From contig CAYWGS010000008.1 of assembly GCA_964457525.1 (NCBI GenBank), positions 1 to 28,754 on the forward strand: a stretch of DNA of 28,754 nucleotides, written 5' to 3'. The notes beneath the pieces were generated by a model, which saw only the letters and a program-made list of their open reading frames with translations, did no database searches and had not been told where the DNA came from. Source of the DNA: an uncultured Erysipelotrichaceae bacterium (GTDB taxonomy: Bacteria; Bacillota_I; Bacilli_A; Erysipelotrichales; Erysipelotrichaceae). Each line of letters begins with the position of its first letter. The first letter of the stretch is position 1. Shown here piece by piece: positions 22,306-28,754 of the stretch. Position numbers and translations under genes: made by a program.

Positions 22306-23276
22306 AATTGACCCTCCTTTAGAATCAAGTAGATTAAATAAATTCCACCAACAAGATTTAATAAAACAGTAACTGAAGTTATAAATCCAATTTGTTCGAT
22401 AATTAATTGACCCAAAACCAACATGACAATACTAAGTAGTGAAGATGTCACAAATAGTTGAGTATGTTTATAGGTCTTAAGAAGTTCACGAGCACTGTTG
22501 ACCGCAATCAATCCTAAGAAAGTCATTGGCCCAACCAAAGCAGTCGAAATCGCCATTGCGGCGGATAGAGTTATGAGTGTTGTTCTCTGTGTTCTATCAT
22601 AATCAAGACCAAGGGATAGAGCAGAATCTCTTCCGAGTGCCATCACATCATACTGACTCGATTTTCGATAGAATAAAATAATTAGAATGATCATAAATGG
22701 GATAATCCATAGGATGAGATTGGCATCAATGTTTGAAATACTAACTGTAGTAAGAGCCACAAGCGATTGAAACTCATCAGGATTTAATAGTATTTGAATA
22801 AAGCTAGAACTACTTCTCAATAAGGTTGAAATAACTAAACCAAAGAGTAGAAGAAATGCGATTTGTCTTGAATATTTTTTGAGTAGATATCCGTATAGAA
22901 TAAGCGATACCAGAATCATGATGGTACTGGTTAGTCCAAAGTTCACTACTGGATTACTGAGTAAGATTGAATTAGCGCCAAAGATAAATAAAACAAAGGT
23001 TTGTGTTGCGCTAAACAATGAATCAAATCCTAATACACTTGGTGTTAGAATCCTGTTTTGTGTTAAGGTTTGAAAGGATAAACTTGCGAATGCGATGAGC
23101 GTACTCGATACAATCATTGCGATAAGATGTAAAGAGCGTCTTTGGGTAATTCTCAATATCGCATTAAGTGATATCGCTCCATAACTCTGAGTTAACAACC
23201 AGAAGAATAAATAAGCGATAATGGATAAAATACTTAAACCGATAAGGATAAAGAGTGGGTTGATTCGCTTAAGCAT
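22302..23276 (-). CDS. FecCD-family iron-chelate ABC permease (YclO/FatC-like)
   Basis: 324 aa polytopic membrane protein with FecCD-like conserved segments (RILTPSVLGFDS, ALGRDSALSLGLDY, GPMTFLGLIAVN). Confidence 0.8.
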   Translation of the reverse strand: MLKRINPLFILIGLSILSIIAYLFFWLLTQSYGAISLNAILRITQRRSLHLIAMIVSSTLIAFASLSFQTLTQNRILTPSVLGFDSLFSATQTFVLFIFGANSILLSNPVVNFGLTSTIMILVSLILYGYLLKKYSRQIAFLLLFGLVISTLLRSSSSFIQILLNPDEFQSLVALTTVSISNIDANLILWIIPFMIILIILFYRKSSQYDVMALGRDSALSLGLDYDRTQRTTLITLSAAMAISTALVGPMTFLGLIAVNSARELLKTYKHTQLFVTSSLLSIVMLVLGQLIIEQIGFITSVTVLLNLVGGIYLIYLILKEGQL

Positions 23277-24234
23277 ATTTACGACCTCTTAAGATTAACC
23301 AAATGAATATAATTGAACCCGTAATCCCCATTGTAAAACCAACAGATACTTCATATGGGAATATAATTAATCTAGAAATAATATCATTGATAAGTACATA
23401 GATCGATCCAAACAATGCGACATCTAACATCGAACGTTTTAGATTATCACCATAATAGATACGAATTAGGTTTGGGATTATTAATCCAATAAATGGAAGT
23501 GGCCCAACTGTTACATAGGTAGAAGCGGACACGATCGATATAATAACAAGTCCTATAAATACAACTTGTTTGACTTTTAGTCCAAGATTCATTGCGAAAT
23601 CTTGTCCTAAACGAATCAAACTAAATTGTGTTGCGTAGATAAAACTGAGGATTAAAGGAATTATAATTATCCATAAGAGTTCATATCGCCCTTTAGTCAT
23701 TGTGGTAAAAGTACCGAGACTGATACTACTTAGCACTTGAGAAGCATCAAATTGATGAGCAATAAAGGTACTAAACGAAGAAATAATGGAACCATACATC
23801 ATCCCAACTAAAGGGACATAAATCGGCTCTTTTAGTTTTAAACGATTTAAGATTTGGATAAGAACGAGGGTTGAGACAAATGCGAATATAAAGGCAAAAC
23901 TAAGTTTAAAACTCAATGATTGTGATCCAAATAAGATATAAGTCATCAAGATACCAAATAATGCCGCATCACTGGTACCGATGGTAGACGGGGATATAAA
24001 ATTATTATGTCCAATTGATTGCATGATTAAACCAGCAATACTAAGACTGCTTGCGGATAGAATAATGGCTAATGTACGTGGTAATCGACTTATGAAAAGG
24101 AGGGAGATTGTTTTATTGTCTCCTTTGAATAAATCAAGATAATTAAATTCAATAACACCAATTTTTAATGAGATAAGGATTAATAGGATGAAAACGATAA
24201 TAAGGACGATTCTTCGTTTATTGAAGTTTTTCAT
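23269..24234 (-). CDS. FecCD-family iron-chelate ABC permease (YclN/FatD-like)
   Basis: 321 aa. RLPRTLAIILSASSLSIAGLIMQ, RLGQDFAMNLGL and GPLPFIGLIIPNLIR are typical FecCD motifs. Overlaps both neighbours by 4-8 nt. Confidence 0.8.
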   Translation of the reverse strand: MKNFNKRRIVLIIVFILLILISLKIGVIEFNYLDLFKGDNKTISLLFISRLPRTLAIILSASSLSIAGLIMQSIGHNNFISPSTIGTSDAALFGILMTYILFGSQSLSFKLSFAFIFAFVSTLVLIQILNRLKLKEPIYVPLVGMMYGSIISSFSTFIAHQFDASQVLSSISLGTFTTMTKGRYELLWIIIIPLILSFIYATQFSLIRLGQDFAMNLGLKVKQVVFIGLVIISIVSASTYVTVGPLPFIGLIIPNLIRIYYGDNLKRSMLDVALFGSIYVLINDIISRLIIFPYEVSVGFTMGITGSIIFIWLILRGRKYA

Positions 24235-24530
24235 CGGGTATTAAAGTGTTCTAACTTAAAATTGATTAACCCTTGTGGTTTTTCCTTATTCTGTTTTGAT
24301 TGGTGCATTGCTAAATGCTCAGGACTCTTTTCCCAGGCAATAAAATAATCTCGCTCTTCAAAATAAATCGATAATCTTAAAACATCGAGATTTGGATTTT
24401 GATCATTAATCAATATTTCCTTCTTAATATAACCCGGTGCTTTTTCGACCAAGGATTGATTTTGGAAACGTTGAACAAAAGATTCTGAAAATCCTTTCTC
24501 TAATTCGATTACTCGTGTGATTACAAACAT
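24231..24530 (-). CDS. ABM-domain (IsdG/HmoA-like) monooxygenase-fold protein, first gene of the siderophore ABC operon
   Basis: 99 aa. MFVITRVIELEKGF... resembles B. subtilis HmoA (MFVVTNRITVKKGF...). Trp66 and His76 sit at the IsdI catalytic positions, but position 6 is Arg rather than Asn. ATGA overlap with the permease gene. Confidence 0.6.
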   Translation of the reverse strand: MFVITRVIELEKGFSESFVQRFQNQSLVEKAPGYIKKEILINDQNPNLDVLRLSIYFEERDYFIAWEKSPEHLAMHQSKQNKEKPQGLINFKLEHFNTR

Positions 24531-24546
24531 ATATGGTTCTACTTAC

Positions 24547-24565
24547 TAGAGAACAGTGTTCTCTA
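24547..24565. repeat. Perfect 19-bp (9-1-9) palindrome TAGAGAACA-G-TGTTCTCTA in the leader of the ABM/siderophore operon
   Basis: The arms are exact reverse complements. It lies 17 nt upstream of the ABM start codon (24530, minus strand). Its function as an operator or RNA hairpin is inferred. Confidence 0.6.
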
Positions 24566-24598
24566 CTTTCTAAGCAGATAAGTTCTATCTACGGTTTG

Positions 24599-24628
24599 AG
24601 AATACCATAAGTCTTTTTAAGGTTGCAA
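24599..24628 (-). promoter_or_regulatory. Possible promoter of the ABM/siderophore operon
   Basis: Minus strand reads TTGCAA, an 18-nt spacer, then TGgTATTCT (extended -10-like). Confidence 0.3.
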
Positions 24629-24645
24629 ATGATATTATCATAATT
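24627..24645. promoter_or_regulatory. Weak Fur-box-like element
   Basis: Minus strand reads AATTATGATAATATCATTT. It contains a perfect TGATAAT half-site and matches 11 of 19 positions of GATAATGATAATCATTATC (better if one base is inserted). It abuts the self-complementary TTGCAA at 24623-24628. Confidence 0.3.
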
Positions 24646-24663
24646 AAGTTAATTAAGCGTCTA

Positions 24664-24672
24664 TGGTATAAT
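24664..24672 (+). promoter_or_regulatory. Extended -10 promoter (TGGTATAAT) of the DUF1538/PII unit
   Basis: TGnTATAAT lies 31 nt upstream of the TTG start. The SD AAGAGG is in between. Confidence 0.45.
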
Positions 24673-24703
24673 ATTTAAACAATAGAATAGAAAGAGGTAT
24701 CGT

Positions 24704-26194
24704 TTGAATATTTTCACGCAGAAGCTTAAAGAAGTTTTTTTATCCATATGTCCCGTTTTTATTGTGGTCAATTTGACCCACTTTTTGATTTTTCCTTTGT
24801 CAACCCATTTATATGTCCGATTCTTAATTAGTACCGTTATATTAATACTCGGATTAACCTTGTTTTTAATTGGTGTAGATCTTGGTATAAGTCCAATGGG
24901 ACAAATGTTAGGTCCATTGATTGCGAAACGTAATAAACATCGTTATATTGTAATCTTTGGTTTTATCATTGGATTCTTTATTTCCTTTGCGGAACCCGCT
25001 TTACTCATCATGTCCCAACAAGTTGAACAACTCAGTAGTGGAGTCTTAAGTTCTGAACTCTTGTTGGTGGTAGTATCCATTGGGATTGGGACGATGGTAG
25101 TGGTTGGTTTATTCCGACTTCTCTATAATTTACCACTTTATATCATCTTGCTTATATCTTATGGAATCATTTTCCTACTATCCCTGAATACATCGTTTGA
25201 TATGTTAGCGATTGCCTTTGATTCTTCAGGTGTAACTACAGGAATATTAGCTGTTCCATTCTTATTATCATTATCACTCGGGCTAACGAATATAAAGAAA
25301 GATAGTAAATCATCTGAGAAAGATAGTTTTGGACTAATTTCGATTGCGTCTGCTGGGGCAATCATAATAGTATTATTGCTTAACCGTTTATACCAACCGA
25401 ATTTATCTTCCGCAACGATATCCTATTTAAATTACGATTCAATCACGATTTTTAGAACATTTATGATTCAAATTCCAAGTTCAATAAGAGAAACATTTTT
25501 ATCAATGTCTCCACTTATAGTGATGGGAATACTTGTGGGATATTTTAATCGGAAATCAATTTCAAAACGAGGTTTAGTTCGTTTAACCTTTGGATTTATC
25601 TATGCGGTTTTAGGATTGTTTTTATTCTTAGTTTCAATTAATGCAAGTTATATTGAGATTGGGAATACGATTGGAAATCAATTAATCAATGAACTGAGTT
25701 CGACTAAATTAATCTTATTTGGCTTCTTAATTGGGGTTGCGACAATTCTAGCAGAGCCTGCAGTATATGTATTAACCAATCAAATAGAAACAGTCACATC
25801 CGGTTATATCAAACGTCGATCAGTGTTAATTGCTTTAACGATTGGGGTAGGAAGTGCTATTTCTTTCTCTGTGTTACGCGTATTAATTCCTGAGGTGCAA
25901 TTATGGCATTTCTTATTACCTGGCTATTTAATTGCTTTAGGATTAATGTTCATCGTTCCAAAGTTGTTCGTAGGGATTGCGTTTGATGCGGGTGGGGTTG
26001 CGACGGGTCCAATGATTTCAACATTTATTCTTTCATTTATTCATGGATTAGCCGATGCAATGCCAAGTGCAGATGTTTTGATTGATGGATTTGGGATGGT
26101 ATCATTGGTTGCGCTAATGCCAATTATAACAATCGAAATATTAGGCTTGGTTTTTAAGATTAAGTCGAGCAAGGAAGGTGTAACAAATGTCTAA
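24704..26194 (+). CDS. Internally duplicated DUF1538-type polytopic membrane protein (putative transporter)
   Basis: 496 aa. Two homologous halves offset by about 255 residues: FAEPALLIMSQQVEQLSSG / LAEPAVYVLTNQIETVTSG and AIAFDSSGVTTGILAVPFLLS / GIAFDAGGVATGPMISTFILS. TTG start 6 nt after AAGAGG. Confidence 0.65.
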   Translation: MNIFTQKLKEVFLSICPVFIVVNLTHFLIFPLSTHLYVRFLISTVILILGLTLFLIGVDLGISPMGQMLGPLIAKRNKHRYIVIFGFIIGFFISFAEPALLIMSQQVEQLSSGVLSSELLLVVVSIGIGTMVVVGLFRLLYNLPLYIILLISYGIIFLLSLNTSFDMLAIAFDSSGVTTGILAVPFLLSLSLGLTNIKKDSKSSEKDSFGLISIASAGAIIIVLLLNRLYQPNLSSATISYLNYDSITIFRTFMIQIPSSIRETFLSMSPLIVMGILVGYFNRKSISKRGLVRLTFGFIYAVLGLFLFLVSINASYIEIGNTIGNQLINELSSTKLILFGFLIGVATILAEPAVYVLTNQIETVTSGYIKRRSVLIALTIGVGSAISFSVLRVLIPEVQLWHFLLPGYLIALGLMFIVPKLFVGIAFDAGGVATGPMISTFILSFIHGLADAMPSADVLIDGFGMVSLVALMPIITIEILGLVFKIKSSKEGVTNV

Positions 26195-26834
26195 GTTAGT
26201 ATTAAATTACCTGATTGTTAATCAAGGGATGGGAAGTAAATTATTGAGTTATGCAAAAACCTTAGGATTACAAGGGGGTACCATTTTTATGGCACATGGA
26301 ACAATCAATAACTCATTATTAAAATTACTCAACTTAAATGAGAATCGTAAAGATGTTGTGCTTATAGCGGAAAATCTAAATCAAGATGGAAGCCAATTAA
26401 AAAAAATTGCGGATCATTTCCAATTTCATCGACCTAATCATGGAATTGGATTTAACATAGCAATTACTCAACTCTATAAAGCTAAAGAAGAAGGATTAAT
26501 CAAAGGAGAATCAAGTATGAACAAGTATGAACTTATTTATGCGATTGTTAATAAAGGAAAAGGAGAAGAAGTGGTAGAAGCAGCACAAAAAGCAGGATCT
26601 AGTGGTGCAACTATTATTAATGCGAGAGGTTCAAGTGTGCATGAGACCGCAAAAATATTCTCGATAGAGATTGAACCTGAGAAGGAAATTGTATTGATGA
26701 TTGTTAAGTCAGATATAAAAGAAAATATTTGTCAAACGATTATTAAAGATACAAATATTACAGAACCTGGTAAAGGTGTCTTGTTTACCCAAAGCATTAA
26801 TGAAGTCTATGGTTTATACGAAGATAATCATTAA
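26187..26834 (+). CDS. Fused tandem PII-like (GlnB-fold) protein
   Basis: 215 aa with two beta-alpha-beta repeats. Repeat 2 (YELIYAIVNKGKGEEVVEAAQKAGSSGATIINARGS...EKEIVLMIV...EPGKGVLFTQSINEVYGL) parallels the canonical PII layout (IEAII...GMTVTEVKGFG...KIEIVV...GDGKIFVSPVEEV). Repeat 1 (LNYLIVNQGMGSKLLSYAKTLGLQGGTIFMAHGT...VVLIA...NHGIGFNIAITQLY) is more diverged. The gene overlaps the DUF1538 gene by 8 nt. Confidence 0.6.
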   Translation: MSKLVLNYLIVNQGMGSKLLSYAKTLGLQGGTIFMAHGTINNSLLKLLNLNENRKDVVLIAENLNQDGSQLKKIADHFQFHRPNHGIGFNIAITQLYKAKEEGLIKGESSMNKYELIYAIVNKGKGEEVVEAAQKAGSSGATIINARGSSVHETAKIFSIEIEPEKEIVLMIVKSDIKENICQTIIKDTNITEPGKGVLFTQSINEVYGLYEDNH

Positions 26835-26875
26835 CATTTAAAAGGGACTTATGGTATTGTAATAGTATACAAACT

Positions 26876-28753
26876 ATGAAAATTAAAAATCTAACCATTG
26901 TAGCTCTAATTGTATCTTTTTTTATCATCGTAACTGCAATTTATGTCAATTTTGATTTGGTTGCGAATGTGCGTTTTTATGTGGATCAGAATGATGAGCT
27001 AGTCGATCGTTTAAATGAGGGAAAACTGAAGTTAGAAACACCGATACAACAGTTAAAAGACATCAATGAGTACGCTCGAACAACTGTTTCTGTAGCGATA
27101 ATCAAAGATGAATTATCGGATCTTATTGAAGAGATGCAAAGTGATTCATTAGATTTAAAGAATAACTTGAATATCATGAATGAGATAAGTATTAAACGTC
27201 ATAATGAAGGAATTCAAGCCATCTCTGCTAAGCTTCTACAGTTACAAATCAATCTTGATAAAATCCAATTTTTTATTAATCAAAATATGGTTTTGAGTGA
27301 AATGTTAGATTCGAGTTTAGAAACTCGAAAGGACATTAATCAATTAATCTTAGATATTGATAAAGATTATTCCAATCTTAATCAAGTAATTCTAAGTGAT
27401 TTGAGTATTGTATTAAATGTAATATTTATTAGTTTACTTTCCATAGTAGGCTTACTATTCTTTGGTCTCATACGTTTTGTGAATTTCCAAATTCCTTATA
27501 TTGTAAATGGTTTAACCATGTTAGGGGATAAACAGTACGATAATCAGCGACTAAATATTCCTAAGCCATTCTTTATTGAAGAAAAGAACATCCATAAGTA
27601 TATTGAAACAGTATTTGAAGAGAATCGATTTATTGAGGATGTTAAGGAAGTACTATTAAAGGTTTATACACTTGAAGATGCAGTAGATCATCTATTCAGT
27701 TTATTAAAGGAAAGAATGGGTGTAGATCGAGTAGGTCTTGCGTTTGTGGACTATTCTCGTGAGATGATTGTGGCTGAGTACGGTGTTCTTGTGGATCAGA
27801 ATATTAAGTTAGGTCCAGGTTTTGAAGTGCCATTTGTACGTACTTCTTTGTTTGATTTGATTGAATCCAAGAAACCAGTTATTAACAATGATTTAGAAAA
27901 TGAATTTATTAAACGACCAAAAAGTTCTTCACTTTATCTCTTATCGCTCGAAGGTGTCAAATCAAATCTTATTTTACCGTTAACGATGGGCAATGCAGTA
28001 TTTGGGTTCTTGTTTCTGAGTTCAAGACAGAAGAATTTCTTTGATCTAAATCATTTACATCTCGCGGAAAAGATTGTTTATGAGATTAAAGGATTACTCA
28101 ATCGTACCTATTTTACCAAGGTAATCTTTAACAAAATTACGACAGGATTCTCTGAATTAGTGGATAAAAAAGACAATGAAACCGGTCAACACATAAATCG
28201 TATGGTTAATTATTCTACTTTATTAGCACAAAAACTGGTTGAGAAGAATCATCCTGATTATCCAATCAATGATAAGATTGTTCTTGAGATAGAACGAAAC
28301 GCGGCAGTTCATGATATTGGTAAAGTAGGAATCCCTGACTCAATCTTAAAGAAACCAGGTAAGCTAACGGATGAAGAATGGGAAATAATGCGTACTCATC
28401 CAATTATTGGTGGAGATATCTTCAAGAGTATGCGTGAGGGATTAAAGGCATTTGATCCAGAACTTTATAAAGTCTCTGAAGAGATTACACGATTCCACCA
28501 TGAAAAATGGAATGGAGAAGGATATCCTAATGGCTTAAAGGGATTTGAGATTCCTTTAGTTGCCAGAATTGTATCAGTTGCGGATGTGTTTGATGCGATA
28601 TCAAACAAACGCGTTTACAAGGATGCATTTGATTTTGAGGAATCGTTTAAGATGTTAGAAGAAATGAAAGGCAAGAATCTTGATCCTTTCTTGGTTGATT
28701 TGTTTATCGAAAATTCAGACGAAGTATTAAAGATTTATCAAAAATATCAATAA
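26876..28753 (+). CDS. Membrane sensor: two TM helices flanking a roughly 150-aa helical extracytoplasmic region, then GAF and HD-GYP phosphodiesterase domains
   Basis: 625 aa. TM1 is LTIVALIVSFFIIVTAIYV and TM2 is LSIVLNVIFISLLSIVGLLFFGLI. GAF-like region: VDRVGLAFVDYSREMIVAEYG...LILPLTMGNAVFGFLFLSS. HD-GYP domain: HINRMVNYS, VHDIGKVGIPDSIL, HHEKWNGEGYPNGL. No SD is visible upstream. Confidence 0.8.
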   Translation: MKIKNLTIVALIVSFFIIVTAIYVNFDLVANVRFYVDQNDELVDRLNEGKLKLETPIQQLKDINEYARTTVSVAIIKDELSDLIEEMQSDSLDLKNNLNIMNEISIKRHNEGIQAISAKLLQLQINLDKIQFFINQNMVLSEMLDSSLETRKDINQLILDIDKDYSNLNQVILSDLSIVLNVIFISLLSIVGLLFFGLIRFVNFQIPYIVNGLTMLGDKQYDNQRLNIPKPFFIEEKNIHKYIETVFEENRFIEDVKEVLLKVYTLEDAVDHLFSLLKERMGVDRVGLAFVDYSREMIVAEYGVLVDQNIKLGPGFEVPFVRTSLFDLIESKKPVINNDLENEFIKRPKSSSLYLLSLEGVKSNLILPLTMGNAVFGFLFLSSRQKNFFDLNHLHLAEKIVYEIKGLLNRTYFTKVIFNKITTGFSELVDKKDNETGQHINRMVNYSTLLAQKLVEKNHPDYPINDKIVLEIERNAAVHDIGKVGIPDSILKKPGKLTDEEWEIMRTHPIIGGDIFKSMREGLKAFDPELYKVSEEITRFHHEKWNGEGYPNGLKGFEIPLVARIVSVADVFDAISNKRVYKDAFDFEESFKMLEEMKGKNLDPFLVDLFIENSDEVLKIYQKYQ

Positions 28754-28754
28754 G

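Noticed and set aside
24547-24565. Reading the palindrome as a LexA (Cheo) SOS box
   Set aside because: The Bacillus-type box is GAAC-N4-GTTC, whereas here the arms are GAAC-N3-GTTC. The context (an iron-uptake operon leader) also does not fit an SOS gene.
1-28754. Looked for CRISPR arrays, tRNA/rRNA genes, transposases or inverted terminal repeats, toxin-antitoxin pairs and known defence-system signatures
   Set aside because: No repeat-spacer periodicity, no cloverleaf-like intergenic sequence, no DDE, serine or tyrosine recombinase motifs, and no nuclease, ATPase or Sir2/TIR-like proteins were seen. The window reads as metabolic, transport and signalling chromosome.

Overview
This is an AT-rich, Bacillota-type chromosomal segment that is densely coding. 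I support 31 CDS. I see no rRNA, tRNA, CRISPR array, transposase or recognisable defence gene. All family calls come from motif recognition in the supplied translations; no database search was run.

Left to right:
1. A split galactosamine/GalNAc-type mannose-family PTS locus: agaS-EIIA-yajC-agaZ, then an oppositely oriented AraC regulator, then EIIB-EIIC-EIID.
2. A three-gene unit: a neutral-ceramidase-like metallo-amidase, an IMPase-family phosphatase and a PHP/HisJ-family phosphatase.
3. An orphan Lac/Cel-family EIIC, two overlapping HutC/GntR paralogues, and a divergent UPF0309-type SIS protein with an RDD membrane protein.
4. Rubrerythrin.
5. A 5TMR-LYT/PAS/degenerate-GGDEF/HD-GYP sensor.
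6. metNIQ under a T-box leader with a Met specifier.
7. A convergent NuoE-like [2Fe-2S] ferredoxin and an MBL hydrolase.
8. A YclNOPQ/Fat-type siderophore ABC operon led by an IsdG-like ABM protein.
9. An internally duplicated DUF1538 membrane protein, translationally coupled to a fused tandem PII-like protein and followed by a membrane GAF-HD-GYP sensor.

Unit 9 is my best candidate for an undescribed system: a transporter-like protein with a PII-like regulator and a possible second-messenger link.

Other points worth a second look:
- The ceramidase-like/phosphatase trio.
- The lone GatZ/KbaZ homologue.
- A perfect 19-bp palindrome in the iron-operon leader.
- An ABM protein lacking the catalytic Asn.
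- A recurrent TATAAT-N6-ATG (leaderless-type) promoter geometry.
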